Assembly: GCA_041737125.1 (NCBI GenBank)
Contig: JBGSSJ010000012.1
Coordinates: forward strand, 2,637 to 66,636
Length of the DNA: 64,000 bases
DNA from: Minisyncoccia bacterium
Lineage (GTDB): Bacteria > Patescibacteriota > Minisyncoccia > Phycocordibacterales > UBA9973
Direction of reading: 5' to 3'
In this document: piece by piece, positions 19,698 to 28,895 of the stretch
Layout: each line of letters opens with the position of its first letter
How positions within the stretch are numbered: position 1 is the first letter of the stretch
Notes under the pieces: generated by a model
What the model was told of the DNA's origin: nothing
What the model saw: the letters and a program-made list of their open reading frames with translations, nothing else
Databases searched by the model: none
Made by a program: the position numbers and the translations under genes

Positions 19698-20403
19698 AGC
19701 TATAACAGATCCTAAAGTAATCTTATTTGCTATACTTGGGGGGCTTATGCCTGCCCTACTTTGGCTTTGGTTCTGGTTTAAAAATGAAGACAATGAAGAA
19801 AGAGAGCCTATAGTACTAATTGTAACTTCATTTATCTTGGGAGGCTTACTTGTCCTTATTGCAGGCTTTCTACAGAAGGCCACCTTGGGTCACATTACTG
19901 ACAAAAATTTACAGATTGTGGCATGGGCAGGTATAGAAGAAGCACTCAAGATGGCCGGTGTATTAGTTATAATAATGGGTACGAATATTATCAGGAGGCC
20001 AATAGATTACCCAATGTATTTCATAGCTGTTGCACTTGGATTCGCGGGGCTTGAGAATATTTTCTACTTACTGCATCCTATTAGTACAGATGGAACTGTT
20101 GTAGGATTACTCACTGGTAACCTTAGATACTTGGGCTCTACACTTCTTCACGCAATCGCAAGCTCGATGATGGGTAGCGCGCTAGGACTTGCATTCTATA
20201 CGAAGAGTATGCGAGGAGTTTATCTATTCTTTGGTCTGTTTTGTGCTATAATATTACACAGTGTTTTCAATTTTTATATAATGAAAAATGGTGGAGCGAA
20301 TTTCTTGAGTGTTTTTGGGTTTTTATGGGTCGTCGCAATTATTAATATACTTATTTTTGAAAAGTTAAGACGTATGGGGAGATATATTCCTGTACAACAA
20401 TAA
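19690..20403 (+). CDS. PrsW-family intramembrane metalloprotease
   Basis: EREP, IEEALK, GFAGLEN, LLHA, ILHSVFN. Confidence 0.88.
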   Translation: MTEAITDPKVILFAILGGLMPALLWLWFWFKNEDNEEREPIVLIVTSFILGGLLVLIAGFLQKATLGHITDKNLQIVAWAGIEEALKMAGVLVIIMGTNIIRRPIDYPMYFIAVALGFAGLENIFYLLHPISTDGTVVGLLTGNLRYLGSTLLHAIASSMMGSALGLAFYTKSMRGVYLFFGLFCAIILHSVFNFYIMKNGGANFLSVFGFLWVVAIINILIFEKLRRMGRYIPVQQ

Positions 20404-20408
20404 TATAT

Positions 20409-20894
20409 ATGCTTAAAAAGAAATCATTTTTAGAAAGACTTACTGGTAGTATGAAATTCGAAGACGAAGAAGAAGAAATTGATACTGAAAGTAAGACTAT
20501 TACTTTGGATAAAAATCCAAATAACAAAGAAGAGAAGAAAACTTCTAATTGGGAGGAAGAGGAGGAGGCACAGCTCACAGTAGACCTATATCAGACAAAT
20601 ACAGATATAGTAGTCCAGGCCATGATTGCAGGAGTCTTACCCGAGAACCTTTCTATAGTTATATCTCGAGATATGATAACCGTTAAAGGTAAAAGAGAGG
20701 AAAATAAAGCTATAAACACTGAGAATTATTTCGTGCAAGAATTGTATTGGGGATCATTCTCTCGTACTATTTCCCTACCAGAGGAGGTAGACCCTGAAGG
20801 CGCTGATGCAGTGGAAAAGCATGGCTTGCTCATCATAAAGATGCCGAAAATAAACAAAGACAAGAAGACTACACTAAAAGTAAAATCAATATAA
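20409..20894 (+). CDS. Hsp20/alpha-crystallin small heat shock protein
   Basis: VDLYQT, ELYWGSFSRTISLP, GLLIIKMPK. Confidence 0.92.
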   Translation: MLKKKSFLERLTGSMKFEDEEEEIDTESKTITLDKNPNNKEEKKTSNWEEEEEAQLTVDLYQTNTDIVVQAMIAGVLPENLSIVISRDMITVKGKREENKAINTENYFVQELYWGSFSRTISLPEEVDPEGADAVEKHGLLIIKMPKINKDKKTTLKVKSI

Positions 20895-20938
20895 TAAAAA
20901 CTCCTCCCCGACCATGGTCGGGGAGGAGTTTTTATTAT
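20891..20938. terminator. Bidirectional terminator (48-bp perfect palindrome)
   Basis: ATAATAAAAACTCCTCCCCGACCATGGTCGGGGAGGAGTTTTTATTAT between convergent genes. Confidence 0.85.
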
Positions 20939-21711
20939 TTTATAATATTACGAGGAGGTAGTGGTATGAACATACTCACTCGGTCTTTGTATTCTTTGAA
21001 ATCTGGATTCTCTTCCATCTTTTTCTCAAGGAGTGGTATGCCAGAAACTTTCAGAATAAGGAAAGTTATAGTGAGAGGCCCAATAATACCGAAAAGTCCG
21101 AAAGGTAAACCTAGAGCAATAATCCACAAGCCCCACCATTGTGTGACTTCACCAAAGTAATTTGGATGACGAGTATATGCCCACAAGCCACTCTGCATTA
21201 GCTTGCCTTTATTCTCAGGATTCTTTATGAATCTTGCTAACTGTGCATCCCCCACTGCTTCAAAGTAAAATCCTACAAGCCAAACAACCACACCTATAAC
21301 ATCAAACAGACTTATCACAGATGAAACACTTTTATTAATCAGTAACACTGGGAATACAATAAGAAAAAGTAGAGTTCCTTGTAAAATATACACTTGTAGG
21401 TAAGAGCGTAAAACGAACCACCTACCCCACTCTTTGCGCCAAGCCAGATAGCGATAATCCTCTGTTTTGCCTTTATTACGATTATAAATATGAGAAGCTA
21501 AACGCAAACCCCAAATACTCACAAGCAAACACACAATAAGCCCTCGCATAGTATGCATATCAGAAAGCGAGAATGACACCCATGCCATAAGCACAAAACC
21601 CAAACCCCATGCGACATCAGCTACATCATTCCTCTGTTTAATAAGAGAAATGACAAACCACATACTCATGTAAACGAGTAATACTAAACCGAGTATTATA
21701 TAGTAGTTCAT
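20935..21711 (-). CDS. DUF1295 family membrane protein (steroid 5-alpha-reductase-like)
   Basis: DVAWG, WGLRL, EDYRY, GLWAYTRHPNYFGE. Confidence 0.88.
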   Translation of the reverse strand: MNYYIILGLVLLVYMSMWFVISLIKQRNDVADVAWGLGFVLMAWVSFSLSDMHTMRGLIVCLLVSIWGLRLASHIYNRNKGKTEDYRYLAWRKEWGRWFVLRSYLQVYILQGTLLFLIVFPVLLINKSVSSVISLFDVIGVVVWLVGFYFEAVGDAQLARFIKNPENKGKLMQSGLWAYTRHPNYFGEVTQWWGLWIIALGLPFGLFGIIGPLTITFLILKVSGIPLLEKKMEENPDFKEYKDRVSMFIPLPPRNIIK

Positions 21712-22106
21712 AATCCTATTTTAGTTGAAATTAAATATGTAATAGCAGAGACCGAAGCAGCAAGAACTGCACCCCAAGCCAAATCCACAATAGTCACGAG
21801 TAGTGGCCAATCTTTCGCAACAGCTAAATTCGTCAGATCATAAGTCGCATAACAAACAAAACCAAACAATGCACCAAACAGAATTGCATGCATCAAAGAA
21901 CCTTTACTTACAGCAGGTGATATAACAAATACAATAAGTCCACCGATAAAAATAAGGTAGAATATAATCGCCGCAGCCCAATTCACATCTGGCTTCATAA
22001 GCATACCGATTTGTTCGCGATAGAAATTCTTCGCAATTACCCCAAGCCAAATCATATCAATAGCAAAGAAAACAGGTAAAGCAATAGCATAAAGTTTTAT
22101 AAACAT
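21708..22106 (-). CDS. DUF2177 family membrane protein
   Basis: IDMIWLG, YATYDLTNLA, VDLAWG. Confidence 0.85.
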   Translation of the reverse strand: MFIKLYAIALPVFFAIDMIWLGVIAKNFYREQIGMLMKPDVNWAAAIIFYLIFIGGLIVFVISPAVSKGSLMHAILFGALFGFVCYATYDLTNLAVAKDWPLLVTIVDLAWGAVLAASVSAITYLISTKIGL

Positions 22107-22119
22107 AAATATATTTTGA

Positions 22120-22800
22120 TTAATTTTTAATTTCTTTTAATACGACCTTTATCAAGTTGTCTTCTATGAGCTTCGCATAACCTTCTTTGTTCGGATGGAT
22201 ACGGTCAGCTAGCATCAGATCTCCATCCAGGAATACACTTGCAACAAGGAAAGGCACAAGTGGTAAATTATACTTCTCGGACAAATCTTCATATACAGCA
22301 TCAAATTCTTTCTTATATTGGAATCCTGCATTAAGTGGTGACTGCATTTCAAGCATTAAAATTGTAGGTTTACTTTCGGCACTCTGTAGTATCTTGATGG
22401 TACTTTCCATATTATTTTTCATTTCTGTTACTGGTAGAGCACGTAATGCATCGTTGCCTCCTATACCCCATATAATCATGTCAGGATTTTGTTCTTTAAT
22501 AAAAGTTGCTCTTTCATTATTACCTTTCGTTGTCTCTCCGCTCACACCAGCGTTGATAACTTTCACATCGATGCCTTCCGCCTTCAGTCTCTCTTCTAGC
22601 TGGTAAGGATAACTCTCAGAGAGAGGTAGTCCATACCCCGCAGTCAGACTATCCCCAAAAGCAACTATAGTATACTTTGCACCAGGATTATTTTGTTTAA
22701 GATTTACTTCTTTCTTATCATCTTTCAATGTGAAATACCACAATGAAAATATTGCTAAAATTACAATAACAATTATTAGAATGATTTTAACGTTCTTCAT
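22120..22800 (-). CDS. GDSL/SGNH arylesterase (TesA-like) with N-terminal anchor
   Basis: GDSLTAGYG, NAGVSGETT, GGND, DRIHPN. Start set at ATG 22800. Confidence 0.9.
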   Translation of the reverse strand: MKNVKIILIIVIVILAIFSLWYFTLKDDKKEVNLKQNNPGAKYTIVAFGDSLTAGYGLPLSESYPYQLEERLKAEGIDVKVINAGVSGETTKGNNERATFIKEQNPDMIIWGIGGNDALRALPVTEMKNNMESTIKILQSAESKPTILMLEMQSPLNAGFQYKKEFDAVYEDLSEKYNLPLVPFLVASVFLDGDLMLADRIHPNKEGYAKLIEDNLIKVVLKEIKN

Positions 22801-25285
22801 ATGACAGTAATTCTCGAAGTGGCTTCTTATCACTTTTCCATAACACTTTGGCAAGTATAACCACGAATAGTATTATAGCACCTAATGCTATCAGCAACTC
22901 CACATTATAAAGGCTGGTACTTTCAATTTTAAAATAGTAGCGAGCAATAAATAAAGTGCCCAATATAGCTGTAAGATAGCCGAGCACTCCACTAAATAAA
23001 GTAGTAGAAATAGTCTCAAGATAGTACAATCTTTCGATGAATTTCTTCTTCGCACCTAGAGCCATCATCTGGGCGCTTTGCTTACGTCTTCCTTCGAAAG
23101 AAGAGATAATTAGAGTGACTATTAGGAAGAGCGCCAAAACCAAAGGTGGTATAGATATGACGAATATTATGACGAGTAATCCTCCTATTAAGCCTTCTGC
23201 AAATTTAGTAATTTCTGCTGTATCAATAATCGAGATATTTGGGAAGTTCTGTGCTAAGAATTTCGTAAAGTTGTTCTTCTCTAGACCATCTAGGTAATTG
23301 TAGCCGAAGAATGTGGCTGGATACTTCTCTAAATCTTTCGGATTAAATACAAAATAGAAAAATGGCAAGCCACTCCTAGAATCAGACTCCCTTATACTTG
23401 TCACCGTAGCCTCAACTTCAAAGCCTTGTATAGAGAATACAACTCTCGAGCCCATAACAATATCAGCTCTCTCAGCGAATTCTTTTTCCACAGAGACTTC
23501 ATTCACCTCCCCACTGAGCCATTTACCTTTCACTACTTTCTCATTCGGAAGTAAATCTTCACGATAAGTCAAATTGTATTCCCTGCCGAACTCACGACTA
23601 ACGGATCCATCAGCAAGCGCTATGCCCTTTTGTATATCTCTATCATCGATGAATAGTATACGTGCACCTACGTTCGGGAACAAAGTCACATCTTTGAAAT
23701 TCTCTTTTATACTCTCTGTCTGAGATTTCTGAATGTCTACTATATATACCGTAGGCAATCTCTCGCCCAAATCTTTCTGTATGAAAGTCGTAAGAGTAGA
23801 CTGAAGAAGTATAAGTAAAGACAGAGATGTAAGCGCTACGTAAAGTGAGGTTAAAGACACAATACCAAATAGTCCATCTTTATATTTATATGATATTAAG
23901 GTCCTAGTTAGGAATTTAAATTTACTCCTCTTCTTGTATAGAGTTAAGATTAAATAATAGAATAAGACAGCAAGTAGTACATATATAGCAATAATCGCAA
24001 AGATACTAATAAGCCCATAAAGGAAGCTCTCGAGTAAGAATATGGCTATTAGTACCAAAGGAATTAGAGTAGATAGAGTGATAATAATAAAATTACCAAA
24101 CACATTCTTCTCTTTAGGTTCTTGCCCGCCGGACAAAAGTATCTTTGGATTGAGGCGCATCAGACTGCGTAGACTAGGGATGAATGAAGCAAATGAAATA
24201 CTAAAAACTACAAACAAAGTAAGGATAGTAGGAATAAGTAGGTCGACTAATGGTAGCTCTAAATCAAAATTTAAGAAAATATATTCACGAATGAAGTTAA
24301 ATATAATAAGTGACAATCCTCCACCTAGCAAAGTAGATAATATAAGTATGTAGAATAATGAAAGCGATAGAGTGAGTCCGAGCTTCTTCTTTTCAAATCC
24401 TATGGCGAGTAATACTGCGAAACTTTTCCTCATGATAGTAAGTAAGTAAAGCATGCCTGCATAGATATTTACTGCTGCCAAAATACAGGAGAGTAATACT
24501 GCAAGCACAAGGAATTGCTCCACGAGGGAAAGACCTTCAACGAAACCAGGCTCTGATATACCTGCTATATCTACACTTACCCCTCGCATTTCCTCTCTGT
24601 CGATTATTTTAGTCAGGTTATCCTTACTAGTATCCTCAATAATATAAGTATAAGTGTACTCTGCTCTTAATAATGACTTGTCTATACTAGCGCGATTAAA
24701 ACCTTCCTTACTAATGAGAACTTGAGGTAAGAAATTAAATCCTGATAGTAGTGACTTACTATCCTTCTCTATGATTCCTATTACTTTGTAATTTTTATTT
24801 GCATAGATTATATCCTCTCCGACTGATACATCGAGCTTTGTCTGTGCATTCTTGTCGATGTATATCTCATCCTCTTTTGGAGTGACATAAGTCGATCCTT
24901 CTATACTTAGGCCTCCGTAGACTGGATAGCTATTATCCACAACAGATAAAGATACAGGAGTATTCAAATCCCCTTTCGTAAGAATACCTGAGAAGTCATA
25001 CTGACTGGATTTATCAATAACTTTAATATCTTGCCCCAGGATATCACCCAAACTCTTGTCGTCGAGTTCATAATTGGACTCAATCGATATGTCCCCACCG
25101 ATTAATTCTTTATTCTTATCTTCCAAGAACATTGAACTAGAATTCGTAAAAAGTAACACTGTGAAAACTATCAGCGTAGTAAAAGTAAGCGACAAAAAAG
25201 GTAAGATGAACTTCTTCCATTCACGTGAGACAATACGCAAACTAAATTTAAATATAGTTTTAAAATTATACACTTTTTCTTTCAT
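22787..25285 (-). CDS. ABC transporter permease, YbbP/FtsX-like
   Basis: Two FtsX-like halves, GGDISIES, REYNLTYR; clustered with the TesA- and YbbA-like genes. Confidence 0.85.
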   Translation of the reverse strand: MKEKVYNFKTIFKFSLRIVSREWKKFILPFLSLTFTTLIVFTVLLFTNSSSMFLEDKNKELIGGDISIESNYELDDKSLGDILGQDIKVIDKSSQYDFSGILTKGDLNTPVSLSVVDNSYPVYGGLSIEGSTYVTPKEDEIYIDKNAQTKLDVSVGEDIIYANKNYKVIGIIEKDSKSLLSGFNFLPQVLISKEGFNRASIDKSLLRAEYTYTYIIEDTSKDNLTKIIDREEMRGVSVDIAGISEPGFVEGLSLVEQFLVLAVLLSCILAAVNIYAGMLYLLTIMRKSFAVLLAIGFEKKKLGLTLSLSLFYILILSTLLGGGLSLIIFNFIREYIFLNFDLELPLVDLLIPTILTLFVVFSISFASFIPSLRSLMRLNPKILLSGGQEPKEKNVFGNFIIITLSTLIPLVLIAIFLLESFLYGLISIFAIIAIYVLLAVLFYYLILTLYKKRSKFKFLTRTLISYKYKDGLFGIVSLTSLYVALTSLSLLILLQSTLTTFIQKDLGERLPTVYIVDIQKSQTESIKENFKDVTLFPNVGARILFIDDRDIQKGIALADGSVSREFGREYNLTYREDLLPNEKVVKGKWLSGEVNEVSVEKEFAERADIVMGSRVVFSIQGFEVEATVTSIRESDSRSGLPFFYFVFNPKDLEKYPATFFGYNYLDGLEKNNFTKFLAQNFPNISIIDTAEITKFAEGLIGGLLVIIFVISIPPLVLALFLIVTLIISSFEGRRKQSAQMMALGAKKKFIERLYYLETISTTLFSGVLGYLTAILGTLFIARYYFKIESTSLYNVELLIALGAIILFVVILAKVLWKSDKKPLRELLSYEER

Positions 25286-25973
25286 GTTTTATTTCGTGTA
25301 AATTTTTATCTTTCAATTCTATTATACGGTCCATTTTCTCTGCTATATTCATGTCATGAGTAATTATGATTAAAGTCTTCCCTCTCTTATCCACTTCGCG
25401 GAGTAATAGATCAAGCACTCTTCCACCAGTCTTGCCATCGAGGCTTCCTGTCGGCTCATCGGCTAGTATTATATCTGCATTCGATGCTAGAGCTCGCGCA
25501 ATAGCGACTCTCTGTCGCTCGCCACCGGAAAGCGTGGATGGGAAAGAGTGAGCCCTGTCTTTAAGCCCAACCTCTTGGAGTAGAGTGTTCGTAATATCTT
25601 CAATATCTTTAGCAGTAAAAGTGCCCCGGATATCTAGCGGCGCGGAAATATTCTCGAATGAATTAAACGGACTGACTAATTCGAAAGATTGGAAAATGAT
25701 TGATACCTGCTTATTTCTGTATTCTGATAGTTCGTCGAGCGACAGAGTGTTTATCATGCGATTCTTCACATGTATCTCCCCTTCTGTCGGCCTGTCGAGC
25801 CCTGCAAGTAGCGATAGCAATGTGGACTTACCACTACCTGAAGCCCCTACTATAGCCACCTTCTCCCCGTCCTTTATCTGTAAGCTAGTATCCTCGAATA
25901 TAACTAAAGGTGTGTCATTATCATTAAACTCTTTCTTTAAATTTTTTATCTCTATTATTGTATTTTTATCCAT
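25266..25973 (-). CDS. ABC transporter ATP-binding protein, YbbA/LolD-like
   Basis: GASGSGKS, LSGGERQRVAIARA, ADEPTGSLD. Confidence 0.92.
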   Translation of the reverse strand: MDKNTIIEIKNLKKEFNDNDTPLVIFEDTSLQIKDGEKVAIVGASGSGKSTLLSLLAGLDRPTEGEIHVKNRMINTLSLDELSEYRNKQVSIIFQSFELVSPFNSFENISAPLDIRGTFTAKDIEDITNTLLQEVGLKDRAHSFPSTLSGGERQRVAIARALASNADIILADEPTGSLDGKTGGRVLDLLLREVDKRGKTLIIITHDMNIAEKMDRIIELKDKNLHEIKHERKSV

Positions 25974-26019
25974 ATAATATACCCATCTTACCATTTATCC
26001 CCCAAACAGCCAAAACCCC

Positions 26020-26061
26020 AAAAAACATTCCGACATTCTCAAGAATGTCGGAATGTTTTTT
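26020..26061. repeat. Inverted repeat / terminator-like hairpin
   Basis: AAAAAACATTCCGACATTCT-CA-AGAATGTCGGAATGTTTTTT with 20-bp arms, in a divergent intergenic region. Confidence 0.8.
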
Positions 26062-26203
26062 AACGAAGTAATGGTTTGACGTATACCAGGAAAAATGTAA
26101 ATATGTATGAAAATGAGCATATAATTTGCTCTAGGGGTGATTAAATAACATCCTGATGCCATATTGGAAGCGAAAGCAATTATTCAAATAAAAATTCTTT
26201 GAC

Positions 26204-27199
26204 ATGGTAGAGACTATCATTAATCTCGAAACGGTTAACCCTATTGATTTCTTTGGGGTAAACAATGTAAAATTAGACCTTCTGAAAAAGAAGTTTCCAC
26301 TGCTAAAAATACTCGGCAGGGGCACGCAAATAAAACTTAGTGGCTCGCCGGAGCAAATTGCAAGTGCACGGGAAAAAATTGAATTGGTAATACAGTACCT
26401 GGAACGAAACGCCCACCTGACAGATAATTATTTTGAAACTATTTTAGGTGGAGATGATCAGGAAGTAGTTGACAATTTTGTTGAACGTAATCCCAATGAT
26501 GTTTTAGTATTTGGTCCTAACGGAAAAAACGTAAGGCCGAGAACCGCTAACCAAAAAAGTATGGTTGAAGCATCAGATACCAGTGACATTGTTTTTGCTT
26601 TAGGACCTGCAGGTACCGGTAAAACTTATACAGCAGTGGCATTGGCTGTGAGGGCGCTGAAAAACAAATCGGTAAAAAAGATCATCCTTACAAGGCCTGC
26701 AATAGAAGCTGGTGAAAATCTTGGCTTTCTACCCGGAGACTTGAAGGAGAAAATTGATCCTTATTTAAGGCCTTTGTATGACGCCCTGGATGATATGATT
26801 CCTGCAGATAAGTTGGGTTATTACATGAGTACGCGCACTATTGAAATTGCACCACTTGCTTATATGCGTGGCCGTACACTTGATAATGCCTATATTATTC
26901 TCGATGAAGCTCAGAACTCAACCGATCTACAATTAAAAATGTTTCTTACCCGTATTGGTGCCAATGCAAAGGCTATTATTACAGGCGATATGACGCAGGT
27001 GGACCTTCCCAAAAATCAAAGAAGCGGACTTATTAAGGCAAATCGCATTCTACAAAACATAAAAGGTATCGCCCATATTGAATTGAATGAAGAAGATGTG
27101 GTAAGGCACCGTTTGGTAAAATCAATTATTAATGCTTATGCTAAAGAAAAAGAGCGCGAGGACAATGTAGAGGCATCCACGGCGAACACTCGTAGTTAA
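26204..27199 (+). CDS. phoH: PhoH-family ATPase (YbeZ-like), Bacteroidota-type
   Basis: GPAGTGKT, LTRPAIEAGENLGFLPGDLKEKIDPYLRPLYDAL, AYMRGRTL, DEAQN, VVRHRLV. Confidence 0.93.
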   Translation: MVETIINLETVNPIDFFGVNNVKLDLLKKKFPLLKILGRGTQIKLSGSPEQIASAREKIELVIQYLERNAHLTDNYFETILGGDDQEVVDNFVERNPNDVLVFGPNGKNVRPRTANQKSMVEASDTSDIVFALGPAGTGKTYTAVALAVRALKNKSVKKIILTRPAIEAGENLGFLPGDLKEKIDPYLRPLYDALDDMIPADKLGYYMSTRTIEIAPLAYMRGRTLDNAYIILDEAQNSTDLQLKMFLTRIGANAKAIITGDMTQVDLPKNQRSGLIKANRILQNIKGIAHIELNEEDVVRHRLVKSIINAYAKEKEREDNVEASTANTRS

Positions 27200-27220
27200 T
27201 AAAAAATAGAGAAGAATACA

Positions 27221-27254
27221 AAGCCGCATTCCTACCCCGGATTGCGGCTTTTTT
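27221..27254 (+). terminator. Intrinsic terminator of phoH
   Basis: AAGCCGCATTCC-TACCCC-GGATTGCGGCTT plus T-run. Confidence 0.8.
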
Positions 27255-27272
27255 GAATTAATATTGTTTAAT

Positions 27273-27299
27273 AAATAGCAAGGACTATCCTTGCTATTT
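27273..27299. terminator. Hairpin terminator downstream of tRNA-Phe
   Basis: AAATAGCAAGGA-CTA-TCCTTGCTATTT. Confidence 0.7.
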
Positions 27300-27304
27300 T
27301 TAAT

Positions 27305-27380
27305 TGGTGCCGAGGACCAGAGTTGAACTGGTGACATCTCCCTCTTCAGGGGAGCGCTCTACCAACTGAGCTACCTCGGC
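27305..27380 (-). tRNA. tRNA-Phe(GAA)
   Basis: GCCGAGGTAGCTCAGTTGGTAGAGCG-CTCCC-CTGAAGA-GGGAG...GTTCAAC...CTCGGCACCA; CCA encoded. Confidence 0.96.
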
Positions 27381-27397
27381 ATATTATTATTTGTTAA

Positions 27398-27519
27398 AAA
27401 CCAAACTCGTTATCATATCTGTCGCTTGTCTTACCAAAACAGCTATCCGAACATATACTTTTATCCCTTAAACCAACCTCGTTATCATATCTGTCGCTTG
27501 TCTTACCAAAACAGCTATC
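27398..27519. repeat. Two-copy 50-bp direct repeat, period 72
   Basis: 27398-27447 and 27470-27519 with one mismatch; exact 42-bp core CTCGTTATCATATCTGTCGCTTGTCTTACCAAAACAGCTATC. Confidence 0.9.
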
Positions 27520-27547
27520 TCGGCAAGAAACTATCTAGGCTAAAAAA

Positions 27548-27847
27548 TTATCTTTGATTCAATAATTTAATTAATTCATCCATCTGCTTGCTATCACCTA
27601 AACCTTTTGAAATATCACTTATATTCCCCATGTTTGATACACCACCTGAATATATATTCAACATGTTACCCATAAGAGGCTTCACGAAGTAATATGCCCC
27701 GAAAGAGAACAAGATAATGACAGTCCAATAGCCTATTCGATAGATAGCCGCCCATTTCTGATTGCGAACTACCTTCTTTAGCATCTCATTATTCTCTTTT
27801 GCAATGACTAAACTCTCTTCCAAGAGTCTTTTTGTCTCAGGATCCAT
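27548..27847 (-). CDS. Hypothetical single-TM protein
   Basis: MDPETKRLLEESL...ENNEML, central TM; extended -10 seven nt upstream of the ATG. Confidence 0.8.
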   Translation of the reverse strand: MDPETKRLLEESLVIAKENNEMLKKVVRNQKWAAIYRIGYWTVIILFSFGAYYFVKPLMGNMLNIYSGGVSNMGNISDISKGLGDSKQMDELIKLLNQR

Positions 27848-27886
27848 ACGCTAAACTTTAGCATATTTGAGATAAAAATAAAAGTG

Positions 27887-27958
27887 TGCCTCCACTCCGA
27901 ATCGAACGGGGATCTATTCCTTAGGACGGAACTGTTCTATCCATTGAACTATGGAGGC
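27887..27958 (-). tRNA. tRNA-Arg(CCT)
   Basis: GCCTCCATAGTTCAATGGATAGAACA-GTTCC-GTCCTAA-GGAAT...GTTCGATTC...TGGAGGCA; CCA not encoded. Confidence 0.92.
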
Positions 27959-27964
27959 TATATA

Positions 27965-27990
27965 TAAAAGCACCATTTCTGGTGCTTTTA
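27965..27990. terminator. Hairpin terminator-like element
   Basis: TAAAAGCACCA-TTTC-TGGTGCTTTTA downstream of the glutaredoxin gene. Confidence 0.65.
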
Positions 27991-28020
27991 TAATACGTCA
28001 AAAATGTATAAAATGCTACT

Positions 28021-28254
28021 CTATAGACCTAGAAGCTGGTCGATCTTCGGCTGATTGAAGCCGACAACCATTTCATCCCCGATGAAGATTACAGGCACAC
28101 CCATCTGGCCACTCTTCTGTACCATTTCCTTCCTCTTCTCTAAATCAGCGGCTACATCGTAGTCCACATATTCTATATTCTTCTCTTTAAAATAGTCTTT
28201 CGCTTTGTGGCAAAAGTGACATGATGGAGTACTATATACAATTACTTTATTCAT
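28021..28254 (-). CDS. Glutaredoxin-like protein (NrdH/YruB family)
   Basis: YSTPSCHFC (CxxC), SGQMGVPV, VGF. Confidence 0.92.
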   Translation of the reverse strand: MNKVIVYSTPSCHFCHKAKDYFKEKNIEYVDYDVAADLEKRKEMVQKSGQMGVPVIFIGDEMVVGFNQPKIDQLLGL

Positions 28255-28385
28255 AATTTTTACACCCAAAAATAGGGCAAATAATTTCTAATGACACTCA
28301 TTATATCATAACAATAATTATTGCAACACTTGACAGAGGTGCTATCAGCGGGACCGTGAATACACTTATCGAAGCTATTTTGGTG

Positions 28386-28456
28386 TGCGGGATACGAGAA
28401 TCGAACTCGTGTCTCATCCTTGGGAAGGACGCATCATACCACTAAACTAATCCCGC
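28386..28456 (-). tRNA. tRNA-Gly(CCC)
   Basis: GCGGGATTAGTTTAGTGGTATGATG-CGTCC-TTCCCAA-GGATG...GTTCGATTC...TCCCGCA. Confidence 0.93.
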
Positions 28457-28491
28457 AAATATATTGGTCGGGCTAAACTAATCCCGCAATA

Positions 28492-28875
28492 TTAATCTCT
28501 ATTAAAAAACCTTTTTAGGAATGCACGGAAGCCGTGCTCTTTCATGCTTTCTTCTGTGTTTTCTTCTTTCGGAGTATCATCTACTATGACGACCATCCTC
28601 TCTCCTGGCTTTACTACTTGGAACTTGTCGCGGACAGATTCCTCTATACCCTCTTCGGTATTTAGCTTCTCTATATCCGAAGAAAGTAGGCTCTCGCGCT
28701 CTCGAAGTTCCTCAATCTTCTTTAATTCTGAGATTTTATTCTTGTGCGTATCCCGCTCCTTCTGTATAAGATCTATCATATTATAAGCAAAAACAACCAC
28801 TATAATCAAAAGTACAAGTAGCGTAAGTGGTGAGTGCCAAAATGAGTATTTATTTTTCTCCTTGAATTGTGCCAT
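28492..28875 (-). CDS. Septum formation initiator, FtsB/DivIC-like
   Basis: TM plus coiled coil plus IEESVRDKFQVVKPGERMVVI. Confidence 0.8.
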   Translation of the reverse strand: MAQFKEKNKYSFWHSPLTLLVLLIIVVVFAYNMIDLIQKERDTHKNKISELKKIEELRERESLLSSDIEKLNTEEGIEESVRDKFQVVKPGERMVVIVDDTPKEENTEESMKEHGFRAFLKRFFNRD

Positions 28876-28895
28876 AAAATATGTATAATTATAAC

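Noticed and set aside
26120-26129. Bacteroidota -7 promoter element (TAnnTTTG) upstream of phoH
   Set aside because: The sequence TATAATTTGC is off by one base in either register, and there is no TTTG at the expected -33 distance.
26020-27380. Integrative element or prophage at tRNA-Phe
   Set aside because: No integrase, transposase or duplicated tRNA 3' end (att) is visible around phoH.
27398-27519. Possible CRISPR mini-array
   Set aside because: Only two copies, a 50-bp repeat with a 22-bp gap, no palindrome or typical terminal motif, and no cas genes in the window.
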